From the NCBI GenBank assembly GCA_002269645.1, contig NIVC01000087.1:62001-126000 (forward strand): a stretch of DNA of 64,000 bases. The letters are read 5' to 3'. The DNA is from Macrostomum lignano (lineage: Eukaryota). Shown here in pieces: positions 62,701 through 64,000 of this stretch; the first letter of the stretch is position 1; each line of letters starts with the position of its first letter. The position numbers were made by a program, and so were the translations under genes. The notes beneath the pieces were generated by a model. It saw nothing but the letters and a program-made list of their open reading frames with translations. It was not told where the DNA came from and did not search any database.

Positions 62701-64000
62701 CAAGCCGTCCATACAGCGACGCGCAGCTACCGCTTTCAATGGTACGTCAACTGAAATCTTAGGCACTTTGCGTTGCGAGGTTTCATTGGGAAAGCTGACC
62801 AGGACACAAGTCTTTTTAGTCATGGAAACAAGACTGTCTGATGTCTTGCTCGGTCTCGACTTTCTCAAGAGCTTCAGGGTCAACCTCTTAATTGCCGATG
62901 GTAAAGCTACAGTGGATGGAGAGGCCATTCCGATCATTGAGGGTGACAGTAGTCTCTACCGCGTCAGGCGGGTGACATCAGCGTGTGACCTAGAAATGGC
63001 CCCCCGATCGGAAGCTATTGTCCCAAGTCGTGTCGCTGAAGCGGTCCCAGGGGCTCAAGGAGTCCTTGGACCGCGCCTTTTCCGTGGAGATGGGGAATGT
63101 CTGGTGGCCAGGTCCCTAGACAGTGTTAGTACAGGCCGCCATGTCCTGGTCCGTTTGCTTAACAGTGAAGATCAGACAATATCAATAAAAAGGGGGCAAG
63201 AAGTGGCCTCTTTTCAGGATGTAGGCGCTGATGAGGTTGTCACTCACACTCGGCTACATGAGCGTGATTTTTCGATCAATAACGCTGAAAGGTTGGGAAA
63301 ACAGTTAGAAAAATTGCCTTACCCGGATAAAGCTACTGCAGAGTGGCTCAAAGGGGAGTTTCGCCTGGGAAAATCAAATCTGACAACCCAACAACTGACA
63401 ACAACTATAAAGTTGCTAAATTTCTTCCATAATCAAATTTCAAAGTCCGACACCGATCTAGGAAAGACGTCGCTGACAGAGATGTCAATTGAGCTAAAAG
63501 ACCAGACCTGTCGACCGGTATTTCAGCCCTCTCGGAGGACCACACCGGCACAGAAGGAGTTCCTGGACAAGCACATCTCCAAGTTGCTGGATTGTGGCGT
63601 AATAGAAGAATGTGACTCCGAGTGGTCGTCCCCAATCGTGTTGGTGCGGAAAAAAGATGGGAGTCAAAGGCTTTGCGTTGATTATCGACAGACCAATAAA
63701 GTGATCAAACCTTGTAGCTTCCCGCTACCACTGGTTGACGAGTCGTTTGACAGCTTGTCGGGGGCACAGGTCTTTTCCAGTCTTGACCTAACATCCGCCT
63801 ACTGGCAAGTCGGGATCCGTGAGCAAGACAGGGACCTCACTGCTTTTTCTTGCCCACAAGGCACCTTCAGGTGGAAGGTCGTCCCGTTCGGCATCAAGAC
63901 CGCCCCGGCAACTTTTGCGCGGTTGATGCACCGGGTCTTCCAACCCCTGCTGCTTAAGGTCAGCTTGATTTACTTGGATGACGTCATTGTGAAAGCAAGG
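59797..64000 (+). mobile_element. Ty3/Gypsy copy 2 (5' LTR 59797-60340, PBS ~60348-60364, gag-pol running off the window)
   Basis: Reverse complement of copy 1 with scattered substitutions and a 20-bp LTR duplication. Confidence 0.95.
61112..64000 (+). CDS. Gag-Pol polyprotein of copy 2, partial (Gag to RT YLDD)
   Basis: ATGTCTAATAAC at 61112; not in the ORF track because no stop falls inside the window; differences include D>E, S>F, T>I. Confidence 0.92.
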   Translation, partial: MSNNEDGVVANVAGLEEGGSVNNDAGGANAQESENGASAAGGANAHESENGASAAVGSAEAALLPATMQNFLESFSQVLANSLNRASNPTAPSTSPRASEGSGNVRLRPPQPYMPKMRFDLWQTQFRTYVEAHKIPKEQQSAILLSLLSPECQEYCFHNQLHKQDAEVALKALDLRYTDVSEKDKSYLELASAQQHDAEDVQEYFDRLIRLSHAANLSLKESEPLVRARFCHGLLDRSLAEKLLLASREDPSLSSVDLAKKAREITGVRQLLNPGQSALAKVRSVGPDKTAELEARVKELEKLLVEQSNQTSVRAFQNEVPVVSGVGNPKQTRVAQSAPPHQLAYGKGAQFSSRPPRACYRCGLTDHLVADCPHPPPLNHRGRSGREPGKQRAELVETGVITQWFQSHGFIRSALMGDNLFVHVSQLDQELRGRAAPHQIVGLRVRFRRVADSAKPSDRALDVCELASPPNCEQSAAQDTEFQTDSSYFVQLDVGESRIIACLDSGANASVMGVRVKDQLVEADPINNVFKPSIQRRAATAFNGTSTEILGTLRCEVSLGKLTRTQVFLVMETRLSDVLLGLDFLKSFRVNLLIADGKATVDGEAIPIIEGDSSLYRVRRVTSACDLEMAPRSEAIVPSRVAEAVPGAQGVLGPRLFRGDGECLVARSLDSVSTGRHVLVRLLNSEDQTISIKRGQEVASFQDVGADEVVTHTRLHERDFSINNAERLGKQLEKLPYPDKATAEWLKGEFRLGKSNLTTQQLTTTIKLLNFFHNQISKSDTDLGKTSLTEMSIELKDQTCRPVFQPSRRTTPAQKEFLDKHISKLLDCGVIEECDSEWSSPIVLVRKKDGSQRLCVDYRQTNKVIKPCSFPLPLVDESFDSLSGAQVFSSLDLTSAYWQVGIREQDRDLTAFSCPQGTFRWKVVPFGIKTAPATFARLMHRVFQPLLLKVSLIYLDDVIVKAR

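Overview
Eukaryotic, intron-rich animal DNA. GC-rich exons and introns filled with minisatellites resemble the flatworm Macrostomum, but the species is an inference. 1-38.7 kb is host DNA: a CSPP1 orthologue (minus, about 9 coding exons, 22079->6460) sits head-to-head with a compact Host Cell Factor gene (plus, 23803-31352). These are followed by a CORE-type tRNA SINE and a 5-exon gene for a secreted fibrinogen-domain (FReD) protein (minus, 38243->33355). The 3' end of CSPP1 is duplicated across an N-gap, probably an assembly overlap. From 38793 onward lies a scrambled Polinton/adintovirus-like element: AGTAGT terminus, pX-like core proteins, protein-primed PolB in pieces, truncated major capsid protein, HNH endonuclease and orphan ORFs. 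It contains a 4.2-kb fold-back inverted duplication (~36010-40203 vs 44803-49000) that carries the 5' half of the host FReD gene. Two near-identical Ty3/Gypsy elements are inserted divergently in the Polinton (49180-57784 complete, with identical-looking LTRs, CCGC TSD and tRNA-Gln PBS; 59797->window end). Most notable: (i) the Gypsy polyprotein appears to carry a cold-shock domain between the Gag zinc knuckle and the protease; (ii) the AT-rich Polinton is studded with GC-rich C-(G/A)NA-G triloop mini-hairpin clusters, one forming a stop-free 57-nt in-frame insert in PolB; (iii) both Gypsy copies landed at the 3' arm of such hairpins; (iv) several introns are built from tandem copies of their own splice signals, and one is almost pure (TAC)n.
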